This document shows, piece after piece, positions 52,562 to 61,152 of a stretch of 64,000 nt of DNA. The DNA is from Microcoleus sp. (GTDB taxonomy: Bacteria; Cyanobacteriota; Cyanobacteriia; Cyanobacteriales; Microcoleaceae), in assembly GCA_042408215.1 (NCBI GenBank), contig JAYFMW010000017.1, positions 32,001 to 96,000 on the forward strand, given 5' to 3'. Under the pieces are notes generated by a model that saw only the letters and a program-made list of their open reading frames with translations, had not been told where the DNA came from and ran no database searches. The position numbers and the translations under genes were made by a program. Position 1 is the first letter of the stretch, and every line of letters starts with the position of its first letter.

Positions 52562-54004
52562 CTATTGTTGTGCTTCTGCGGGACGGCGATCGGGAATGTG
52601 TTCTGCGGGTTCTGTTTCGATTGCAGGTAGATTGTCTAAACCAGGCACCGGCAGATTTAAATTAGGGCCTTTGCGGATAATGCGGCTGCCAAAATACAAG
52701 GCACAAAAAAACAAAAAGCTGTAAACAACTGCAAAGAAACTGAGAGAAGTTAAAACATTGCTAGCGGGGATGTTTGACACCGCGTCAGCCGTGCGAATTT
52801 GCCCGTATAAAACCCAGGGCTGTCTGCCGACACAGCGCACAATCCAACCCGATTCTACAGCAATATATCCCAGTGGCGCTGCTAATATCCAAGCGCGCAT
52901 CAGCCAAGTTTGTTGAGCAATATTTTCAGCAGAAAGTTTGCCTCGCATCCACTGAATTATACTAAATAACATCAATCCTACAAAGAAGAATCCAATGCCG
53001 GACATGATGCGGAAAGAATAGTAGATTAAACTGACCATTCTGGGTCGATCTTCTGGTTTCCATTCTTTTAATCCGAGGACTGGTTCGGAGAGTTTTTGTT
53101 TGAATTCTAGAACGTATCCTAAGCCATTAGGTACGGTGATTTCCCAGTCGTTTTTTTGGGCTTTTTCATTAGGTAAAGCCATTAAAGTCCAATCGGCTGA
53201 ACTTCCCGCTGGGGAGGTTTCCCATTTAGCTTCGATTGCTGCTAATTTGGTCGGCTGATAGTGATAGACTTGTTCGGCGCTCAAATGTCCGATGAATATC
53301 TGCAAAGGTGCAACTGCGATCGCCGTCGCTATGGCAATCTTTAAAGACTTGGAAAAAAAGGCTTCGTTGCGCTTATTAAGAATGTACCAAGCGCTAATTC
53401 CGCCAATGACAAATAGCGAGGTTTCCCATGTTGCAAAAAACATATGGAGAATGCTCTTTAATGCAAACGGGTTCATAATTGCTTGAAAGTAGTCGGTGAC
53501 AATAAACTTGCCATTGACCATTTCTCCGCCGGCGGGAGTTTGCAGCCAAGAGTTAGCGACTAGAATCCAGACGGTTGATAGGTTTGCGCCGAAGGCTACC
53601 ATGATTGTAGCGAAATAATGGACGATCGGGTGAACGCGGCCCCAACCGAAGAGCATAATTCCTAAAAAGCCGGCTTCTAGCATAAATGCCATTGAAGCTT
53701 CAAACCCTAAAATGCTGCCAAAAAAGTCACCAACTGCTTCAGAAAATGGTGCCCAGTTTGTGCCGAATTGAAATTCCATTGGAATGCCGGAAGCTACCCC
53801 AATGCCGAAGTTTAGGACATAGAGTTTAGACCAAAAACGAGCGTGGCGGTAATAGTCAGGATTGCGAGTTTTCAGCCACATTCCTTCAATAATTACCAGA
53901 TAAATTCCCATTCCAGTAGTCAAAACTGGCCAGAGCATATGGAATATGGCGGTTAGCGCAAATTGCATCCGCGATAGGGCGACGGTGTTAGATAATAAAT
54001 CCAT
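52562..54004 (-). CDS. cydA: Cytochrome bd ubiquinol oxidase subunit I
   Basis: RMQFALTAIFH, EFQFGTNW, QPTKLAAIE, GRQPW. Confidence 0.97.
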   Translation of the reverse strand: MDLLSNTVALSRMQFALTAIFHMLWPVLTTGMGIYLVIIEGMWLKTRNPDYYRHARFWSKLYVLNFGIGVASGIPMEFQFGTNWAPFSEAVGDFFGSILGFEASMAFMLEAGFLGIMLFGWGRVHPIVHYFATIMVAFGANLSTVWILVANSWLQTPAGGEMVNGKFIVTDYFQAIMNPFALKSILHMFFATWETSLFVIGGISAWYILNKRNEAFFSKSLKIAIATAIAVAPLQIFIGHLSAEQVYHYQPTKLAAIEAKWETSPAGSSADWTLMALPNEKAQKNDWEITVPNGLGYVLEFKQKLSEPVLGLKEWKPEDRPRMVSLIYYSFRIMSGIGFFFVGLMLFSIIQWMRGKLSAENIAQQTWLMRAWILAAPLGYIAVESGWIVRCVGRQPWVLYGQIRTADAVSNIPASNVLTSLSFFAVVYSFLFFCALYFGSRIIRKGPNLNLPVPGLDNLPAIETEPAEHIPDRRPAEAQQ

Positions 54005-54338
54005 GTTTTGTATCCTTTAGTCAGTTCAAGAGATGTTTGTTTGCACGAGTTCAAGAATTGACACTGGTTATAATATAATGTAAAAATTCGTGACAATTTG
54101 TAGCTCAAGCAACTTTTAAGGTTTTATACAGATTTGGGTTGTATCGGAATGATTTAACCGCAGAGAACGCAGAGAACGCAGAGAAAGAGAAGAGAGAGAC
54201 GAATACAGGACGATGAAGAGCGGATATGATATTACCTAACTTTGGGTGGGGGCGGGTTTACGAGATTGTGGATTTTAGGTAATTATTGTTTGTGGAACCC
54301 GCCCCTACAAGATTTATGTTTATTGACGGGAGATGATA

Positions 54339-54812
54339 TTATCGAACGGTGACTGTATAAGTCAGTTTAAAGGGTTTAAAATTAGCTGCGGTTTTCGCTG
54401 TTCCGCTGAGTTCTAATTCATAAATGCCAGCCTTGGGAAAGACAATATCAGCTCCCGGAATGCCTTTGTACCGCTCGGCAGATATTGCTTTTAAAGGCGG
54501 TTCCATCAGCGCTGTATCCCCCTCTTTATAACCTTTGGGATAGACCGCTAACTTGCAATTACACTGCTCTAATGGGATAATTTGACCGCCCCTGCGGGTG
54601 AGTGAAAACCAGACTCTCGCAGTCTCTCCGGCGCGGGGATTGTGATTGGGTTCTAGGTGAAAGGTGGCGGCGACATCTCCCGATACTTCGACTTCGTGGG
54701 CTAAAACTGAAGTTGAGTTGAACGGCGGTATGGGAAATATTCCTGCTTCTATTAGCAATCCCAAGAAAACTAACAATCCTAAACTTTTACTTTTGTTTGA
54801 CTGGGGAAACAT
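54339..54812 (-). CDS. Exported protein with predicted mature N-terminal His (putative metal-binding)
   Basis: Signal ending VLA|HEVEVSGDV, FHLEPNHNP, FPKAGIYEL; start ATG 54812 overlaps the upstream gene. Confidence 0.7.
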   Translation of the reverse strand: MFPQSNKSKSLGLLVFLGLLIEAGIFPIPPFNSTSVLAHEVEVSGDVAATFHLEPNHNPRAGETARVWFSLTRRGGQIIPLEQCNCKLAVYPKGYKEGDTALMEPPLKAISAERYKGIPGADIVFPKAGIYELELSGTAKTAANFKPFKLTYTVTVR

Positions 54813-55992
54813 AGAAATTATCCAGAGATAAAAGTGACCAAAATAAGCGCGATCGCACAAACATAACTAACAGCGTAACCACCGCTAACAGGGCTGTCAG
54901 CAGTTGATTGTGCAATTTCCATTCAAAACCGCCGAGATAGCGAGAACCGATGAGTGCAGTGTGAAGGTTGCACAGCAAAAAAGCGGGAACACTTAACAGG
55001 TGAATTTGCCGCCACCGCTTCCCTAAATATTCTTGAAGGCGATCGCAACTTGTAACCGCCGCCGGTATCATCAACAGTAGCGCCACTATCCCAGCTATCA
55101 TCCCTAACTGATGCTGCGGCAACATAAAAGATAGGGCGTCAAAATTCCATTGCAGTGTATGATCTAGCATATGAAATGTGTGGGCAAGGGCGATCGCAAA
55201 CCCTCCGACACCCAAAGCCCGACGGTAGCGCAGCAGTTGCGGGAAAAACTGACTAACCGGACGCGCGATCAGTGCTAGCATCAAGCATAGTAGGGATGCG
55301 TGACCAGTCACATCAACCATTTCATCGGTTCGCAGTAGAGTAATAATGCCGATCGCAATTGTCACCCAACCACCAGCGCGAAAAAGTTGACTGCGTTTGT
55401 GGGCGCTCAATCTACCAGCAAAAAACCCCACTCCCAGCATAGTTGGCAGCGTACCCATTCCAAATGCAAACATCGTTGCGGCACCCAAAATCGGGTTTCC
55501 GGTTTCCGCTGCTTTAATTTGCGCTACATACAGGAAACCGCAGGGAATTAAACCCCAAAGCAAACCCAAAGCTGCTGGTATCCACCAACTTTTTTGAGTT
55601 GAAATCTTAGTCATTGCATTGCTGATGCGATCGTGGGAAACTGGATGCAGCAATGGCAAACGCGGCAACAAATCTGGTTGAATTTGTACCAATCCAAACC
55701 AAACCAGCATCGTACCAATCAGAATAGCGATCGCCCGTCGCCATCCGCTACCAGTACCAGCCATTTGTCCGCCAGCAATTAATACCGAACCCACTCCGCC
55801 AATTACAGCACCTACTAAAGCATAAGCAACAATTCTTCCCAAGTTTAGTAGCAAATGAAAGCGGAAAGAAGCTAATTTATCTTTACCCGCAGCCGACAGG
55901 GAAAACGCCACTGTCAGCGGGCCGCACATTCCCGCGCAGTGTCCGAAACTGCCGAGAAATCCTAAAGTGCTAATTAATACTAAGTCTAGCAT
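54787..55992 (-). CDS. DsbD_2/TauE-like Cys-motif membrane protein fused to a ferric-reductase-like TM domain
   Basis: GSFGHCAGMCGPL, GLIPCGFLY; C-terminal RRALGV...H...VTS....LG..W..IH. Confidence 0.85.
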   Translation of the reverse strand: MLDLVLISTLGFLGSFGHCAGMCGPLTVAFSLSAAGKDKLASFRFHLLLNLGRIVAYALVGAVIGGVGSVLIAGGQMAGTGSGWRRAIAILIGTMLVWFGLVQIQPDLLPRLPLLHPVSHDRISNAMTKISTQKSWWIPAALGLLWGLIPCGFLYVAQIKAAETGNPILGAATMFAFGMGTLPTMLGVGFFAGRLSAHKRSQLFRAGGWVTIAIGIITLLRTDEMVDVTGHASLLCLMLALIARPVSQFFPQLLRYRRALGVGGFAIALAHTFHMLDHTLQWNFDALSFMLPQHQLGMIAGIVALLLMIPAAVTSCDRLQEYLGKRWRQIHLLSVPAFLLCNLHTALIGSRYLGGFEWKLHNQLLTALLAVVTLLVMFVRSRLFWSLLSLDNFYVSPVKQK

Positions 55993-56088
55993 TTTGAGTT
56001 AGTAGTCAGCAGTCATTAGTCCTTGGTTTTTTTACTGCCGATCGATGATTAATGATTGCTGACTATAATGACTGTCGGCTATCCTTTT

Positions 56089-56108
56089 TGTCAAAAGACA
56101 GCCTGTCA
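56089..56108 (-). promoter_or_regulatory. Palindromic operator plus TTGACA upstream of the DsbD_2-like gene
   Basis: Minus strand TGACAGGCTGTCTTTTGACA, 18/20 to the mbnP upstream site. Confidence 0.7.
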
Positions 56109-56129
56109 TATCAAATCCGTTGACATCGG

Positions 56130-56281
56130 TTTTTTATGAGGCTGCATAGAATCTGATCCCCCCTAACCCCCCTTAATAAGGGGGGAACAAGATTCTGCTC
56201 TTTCGTCACCCCCTACTCACAGCCTACTCCCTTATTAAGGGGGATTTAGGGGGATCGAGATATATGCAACGACCCATTAAA
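56130..56281. mobile_element. MITE-like element (inverted copy of the 9549 family) flanked by a 17-bp direct repeat
   Basis: AAATCCGTTGACATCGG at 56113-56129 and 56279-56295. Confidence 0.7.
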
Positions 56282-56551
56282 TCCGTTGACATCGGAATTA
56301 TTCATCTCTCTCTTCTCTGACTCTGCGGACTCTGTGGCCTAGAAAGGTTTAATCATTCCGAAAAAACCCTAGACGGTATCACAATCAACAATCAACAGCG
56401 TTCCCCTGAGCGAAGCCGAAGGGTCAACCATTCCGGTGTTACCGGAATTGATATCAAACTTATCTCAATCAGAGGGGCGGGTTTATTTATCCCCTGAATT
56501 AGTTACAAATATTTCTCGTGAAACCCGCCCCTACAGACAACTGACTAATAA

Positions 56552-57619
56552 CTACTTTTGTTCTGGATGCACCGCCGCCGGCGAAGCTGCGCCCATTTGA
56601 TTGACAGTAGCAATTAGCTGATAAAGCCGCCCCAAATTCCGCTGGTTGAAATGCAAAATCAGGCGTGACAAATCGAAAGTTTGATCTCCGACTTCGGCGG
56701 GTAAAGCTTGACTTTTTTCAATTTTTCCCTTGACTAAAATATCGCTGAAATCCGTATTTAACCGATCGACATGAGCATCAGAAAGTTCAGACTTCAAGCG
56801 AATTACCAGTTTTTCATCCACATAGCGACAGGAGTGATAAACTAGATAAAAACTCGCGATCGCCTCGCAGGCCACCTCCACACTGTCAGTAATCGTATAT
56901 AGACTGCGATCGTCAGCAGAAATCAAACCCCTACCCCGCAATTGTTTTTGCACAAAAGCATTCCAATCGTGCCAATAATCTCCCCCTGGTCGATCGATTA
57001 ACACCAGAGGAGCTGGCCCAAACTTACCCGTTTGAGTCAAAGTCAGACACTCAAAAGCCTCGTCCAGAGTGCCGAAACCGCCGGGAAACAGAGCCAAAGC
57101 ATCGCTTTCCCGCAGAAAAAATAACTTGCGAGTGAAAAAATATTTAAAATTGAGCAACTTGCGATCGCCCGCAATGAAAGGATTAGAATTTTGCTCGAAA
57201 GGCAACTGAATATTCAGTCCAAAAGAATGTTCAGCAGTCGCGCCCTCATTCCCCGCTTGCATAATTCCCCCGCCGCCGCCAGTAATCACCATAAACCCCT
57301 GCTGGGTAATGGCTCTAGCCAAATCTTTGGCCATCTGATATTCCGGCGATTCCGGGGACACCCTCGCCGAACCAAAAATCACAATTTTACGAAGGTGACG
57401 GTAAGGATAAAACATCTCGACAGCATTTTCCATATCTCGCAGAGATGCCGAGATAATTTTCCAGTCTAGGCGATCGATCTCCTCTCCGGCTATCCGCACT
57501 ATAGTAGAGAGCGATCGCTCGATCCACTCTTCGTGCTTCAACATTGGCAAGTGATTAATCAAATCAATCACTTCAGCGTGGAGGGACTCAAAAACTTGAC
57601 CAGACGGAGAAGGAATCAT
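56552..57619 (-). CDS. LOG family (lysine decarboxylase-like) nucleotide-binding protein
   Basis: IFGSAR, TGGGGGIMQAGN, FKYFFTRK, PGGFGTLDE. Confidence 0.92.
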   Translation of the reverse strand: MIPSPSGQVFESLHAEVIDLINHLPMLKHEEWIERSLSTIVRIAGEEIDRLDWKIISASLRDMENAVEMFYPYRHLRKIVIFGSARVSPESPEYQMAKDLARAITQQGFMVITGGGGGIMQAGNEGATAEHSFGLNIQLPFEQNSNPFIAGDRKLLNFKYFFTRKLFFLRESDALALFPGGFGTLDEAFECLTLTQTGKFGPAPLVLIDRPGGDYWHDWNAFVQKQLRGRGLISADDRSLYTITDSVEVACEAIASFYLVYHSCRYVDEKLVIRLKSELSDAHVDRLNTDFSDILVKGKIEKSQALPAEVGDQTFDLSRLILHFNQRNLGRLYQLIATVNQMGAASPAAVHPEQK

Positions 57620-57811
57620 GAATTTTTCCGAAACGGTAACAATTTGTAGCTACAAAAAATTAAGGGGCAAGGCAAAATTAGAAGCTCTTAGCTACCAGCA
57701 AATTGCCCTGCTGGCGACTAATGACTTTTTCAGTAGCCTTACCCCCGTCTGCTAAGCGAGTTAGCATCCTCGCAGCCCCAAAAAAACAGCGCACAACTGC
57801 TAGCAGTTGCG

Positions 57812-58135
57812 TTAAATGTACTTTTCCAAAGTGTTGGAAAGAGTAGTTTTCGGAACCGCCCCAACTACCATATCCACCCGTTGGCCGTCCTTAAATATCA
57901 TCAGCGTCGGAATGCTGCGGATACCGTATTGACTAGCCACATTAGGATTCTCGTCGGTATTAACTTTTACTACCTTCACCTGCCCTTCGTATTGCTGGGC
58001 AATTTCCTCTACCACAGGTGCGACCATCCTGCAGGGCCCGCACCAGGGAGCCCAAAAATCCACTAGAACTGGAACTTTACTATCGAGCACTTCCTGCTTA
58101 AAGGTAGAGTCGGTTACTTGCGCGGCTGCTGACAT
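57812..58135 (-). CDS. trxA: Thioredoxin (m-type)
   Basis: [18 protein letters not shown]. Confidence 0.97.
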   Translation of the reverse strand: MSAAAQVTDSTFKQEVLDSKVPVLVDFWAPWCGPCRMVAPVVEEIAQQYEGQVKVVKVNTDENPNVASQYGIRSIPTLMIFKDGQRVDMVVGAVPKTTLSNTLEKYI

Positions 58136-58301
58136 CCCTAGCCATCCTTGTAAATACTATTTCTCAAATTACAAGTTTAGCAAAAAGTGTTACTACTGGC
58201 ACTAAACATTTTAGCAGGAAGAAGGAAGAAGGAAGAGGGAAGAAGGAAGAGGGAAGAAGGAAGGCACTCTGAGAGTGATTTTGATCAGGATACACCGATT
58301 A

Positions 58302-58706
58302 TTGACACTCTCAGGGCTAAAGCCACTGAGATTCTGCGGACAGAGTAAAACTCTCGCTACGACCGTCAAACGCCGTCTACCTAGTCACCAATCGTCAAGC
58401 GATAGTTTCTAGCTACTTTTATTTTTTCCAATGCTTTCAGAATCCATCACTAAGCCAAGACGCGGTACGCTCCGCAACCTGCCTTTATTTGCTCTTTCCT
58501 GTCATACTGCGCCAGGACTTAAACCTAACCGTTGTTTCATAGGAGCCGGGATTTCTCCGATACTAGGATGCTTCAACACGTAGATGTTTTTTGTTCTTAC
58601 TCACGATCTAATTTTAACACAAATACCACTGCGACTGAAGTCGCTCGTGCCGCTTCCCTAGGAAGGGCTAAAGCCACTGAGTTTCCCGCATCCCGTATTA
58701 ATTTTT
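58302..58706 (-). mobile_element. Non-autonomous IS200/IS605 element, copy A (reRNA-like scaffold retained)
   Basis: Minus strand TCAT|AAAAATTAATACGGGATGCGGGAAACTCAGTGGCTTTAGCCC...GAATCTCAGTGGCTTTAGCCCTGAGAGTGTCAA; homologous to 60761-61152. Confidence 0.8.
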
Positions 58707-58861
58707 ATGATTAAGCCTGAGTCAAAAGTCAGGAGTCAGAGGGAAGAAGGAAGAGGGAAGACGGCTGCCTTCGGTAGAAAGCAGAGGGTTGTCGATCGAC
58801 TTTTCTGGCCGCTCAAAGCCTCAAACCCTTACTTAGCAAGTAAAAACTAGATTTTTGGTAC

Positions 58862-58932
58862 AAAAGGAACCGCCCGAACAGTAGTCCGGGCGGAGTGTGG
58901 TGTGAGGAGTGAACGGAAACTTGTGTCTCCGC
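58862..58932 (-). ncRNA. yfr1: Yfr1 small RNA
   Basis: Two stem-loops flanking the ACTCCTCACAC motif, U-rich tail, canonical position between guaB and trxA. Confidence 0.92.
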
Positions 58933-59037
58933 TTACTCTATTGTGACATCTTCACCTCGATAATTCCACAATATTATGTAAATTTCGAGACTATCCAACC
59001 AAGTTTGTCCAGGTAAGCTTGTAAGTAGCAAGCAAAT

Positions 59038-60201
59038 CTACTTACCCATACCCAACTGCTGAGCTTTTTGATAGACTTTACCCTCCGTCAGCAGAGAAGG
59101 AGCAATCACCACCTCCACTTGCTGCATCTCCTTAAGATCCTTAGCACCCAGGGTGCCCATGCTCGTTTTCAGAGCCCCAAGGAAGTTGTGAGTACCGTCG
59201 TCGAGTTGCGCCGGGCCCCGGAGAATCTGCTCCAAAGTGCCGGTAGTTCCCACGCGAATGCGAGTACCGCGCGGCAAAACCGGGCTCGGAGTCGCCATTC
59301 CCCAGTGGAAGCCCCGGCCGGGAGCTTCTGCTGCCCTGGCGAAGGGCGAACCAATCATCACCCCATCAGCTCCACAGGCAATGCACTTACAGATATCGCC
59401 ACCAGTAATCAAACCGCCGTCAGCAATCACCGACACGTATTTGCCAGTTTCGCGATAGTATTCGTCCCGCGCTGCGGCACAGTCTGCTACCGCTGTCGCT
59501 TGGGGAACCCCGACACCCAACACGCCGCGGGATGTGCAAGCAGCCCCCGGCCCGATGCCCACGAGGATGCCAGCAGCGCCAGTTTTCATTAAATTCAAGG
59601 CGACTTCGTAGGTGACGCAGTTGCCCAAAATTACCGGTATTGGCATCTCTTGACAAAATTGAGTTAAGTCTAGAGGCGTTACCGATTCTGGGGAAAGGAA
59701 AGCTGTTGACACTACAGTTGCTTGCACAAAAAATATATCGGCTCCTGCTGCTGCAACTGTTGAGCCGTATTGGCTCGCGCCAGCGGGGGTAGCGCTGACA
59801 GCGGCAATCCCTCCTCCATCTTTAATTTCTTTAATTCGCTGACCGATTAATTCTGGCTTGATGGGTTCGGCATAGAGTTGCTGCATCAGCGAGACAAATT
59901 CGTGATTCCCGACCGAAGCGATGCGCTCTAATATTGGTTGGGGGTCAGTATAGCGGGTGTAAATTCCTTCTAGGTTGAGGACGCCCATTGCTCCCAATTC
60001 CGACAGCAAAACGGCCATGCGGACATCGACCACCCCATCCATTGCGCTGGCGATGATCGGGATTTCTCGATCGATCCCGCCAATCTGCCACCTGGTCTCT
60101 GCCAAACTCGGATCGAGGGTGCGCTGTCCGGGAACGAGCGCGATTTCATCTATCCCGTAAGCTCGGCGAGCACTTTTGCCCCGCCCAATTTCAATATTCA
60201 C
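59038..60201 (-). CDS. guaB: GuaB3-family IMP dehydrogenase-related protein
   Basis: [43 protein letters not shown]. Confidence 0.92.
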   Translation of the reverse strand: MNIEIGRGKSARRAYGIDEIALVPGQRTLDPSLAETRWQIGGIDREIPIIASAMDGVVDVRMAVLLSELGAMGVLNLEGIYTRYTDPQPILERIASVGNHEFVSLMQQLYAEPIKPELIGQRIKEIKDGGGIAAVSATPAGASQYGSTVAAAGADIFFVQATVVSTAFLSPESVTPLDLTQFCQEMPIPVILGNCVTYEVALNLMKTGAAGILVGIGPGAACTSRGVLGVGVPQATAVADCAAARDEYYRETGKYVSVIADGGLITGGDICKCIACGADGVMIGSPFARAAEAPGRGFHWGMATPSPVLPRGTRIRVGTTGTLEQILRGPAQLDDGTHNFLGALKTSMGTLGAKDLKEMQQVEVVIAPSLLTEGKVYQKAQQLGMGK

Positions 60202-60234
60202 GCTGTTTCACTTCCACAATGTATTTAAATTAGA

Positions 60235-60683
60235 TGGACACTCCTCTGCCTGAAGGCGAGAGGATTCTTGGATCGACGATCTACCTTTAAATTGTCTATC
60301 CTTTCGGCATTGCTTAAACCTGAAGCCCGGTCGATTGACCCAAGATTCGAGCCTAATTTAGACAACCCCAGTGGGCTGATCTCCCCAAGAAGAGTGAGAA
60401 TCACTTCTCTTGTTCCCGTGTGCCCCACGGTACAATTAATTAATAATGCTGGTTTTTCTGGGATTGGGTGCGCGGTGGTTACCCTAGCTTTGATTTTGTG
60501 GTGTTCGCTACCCACGAGACATTATTGTTTTCTAGCCAGTCGTTTTGGGGTTGATTATCCAATCGATGCTCGCGGTTATACTACCTGTATCTATTTCTAG
60601 AGTACCACCTTTCTCAAAAAAATCTGGGAAAGTTCGAATCCAAGCCGTCAAGGGAAGGACGGGGCTTTAAACCCAATTTTTCG
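60235..60683 (-). mobile_element. Internally deleted IS605-type element with tnpB 3' remnant
   Basis: Minus strand TTAC|CGAAAAATTGGGTTTAAAGCCCCGTCC left end; TVGHTGT tnpB tail; right end GAATCCTCTCGCCTTCAGGCAGAGGAGTGTC. Confidence 0.75.
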
Positions 60684-60760
60684 GTAACAAAATCGTAGCC
60701 AGCCCGCAGGTAGCGATCGCGCGAATCAGTTGAAAAAAGCTCGATCTAGATTATAATTCT

Positions 60761-61152
60761 TTGACACTCTCAGGTCTAAAGACACGCTCGATTCTGCTGA
60801 CAGAGTAAAACTCTCGCTACGGCCGTCAAACGCCGTCTACTTAGTCACCAATCGTCAAGCGATAGTTACTAGCTACTTTTGTCTCCAATGCTTTCAGAAT
60901 CCATCACTAAGCCAAGACACGGTACGCTCAACATCCAGCCATCCCACCGCTCTTTTTGTGTTACCTCTCACTCTTGTGTACTAAGTTGCTGGGATTTCTC
61001 CGATACTAGGATGTTTCAACACGTAGATGTTTTTGTTCTTACTCACAACTCAATTCTAGCACATTTTCAATACCACGGCGGTTAAAACCGCACGAGTCGC
61101 TTCCCTCTCAGGTCTTTAGACTCGCTCGTTGCCCGCATCCCGTATTATTTTT
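60761..61152 (-). mobile_element. Non-autonomous IS200/IS605 element, copy B
   Basis: Homologous to 58302-58706; ends immediately before the ATG at 61153. Confidence 0.8.

Noticed and set aside
58545..58580. Resemblance of GGGATTTCTCCGATACTAGGATG(C/T)TTCAAC to Cas12k-type CRISPR repeats
   Set aside because: Only superficial; one copy per element, so a CRISPR call is unsupported
60225..60600. 96-aa and 110-aa ORFs upstream of guaB (also 58532-58714 and 60879-61085)
   Set aside because: Lie within IS-derived elements; only a short tnpB tail motif is meaningful
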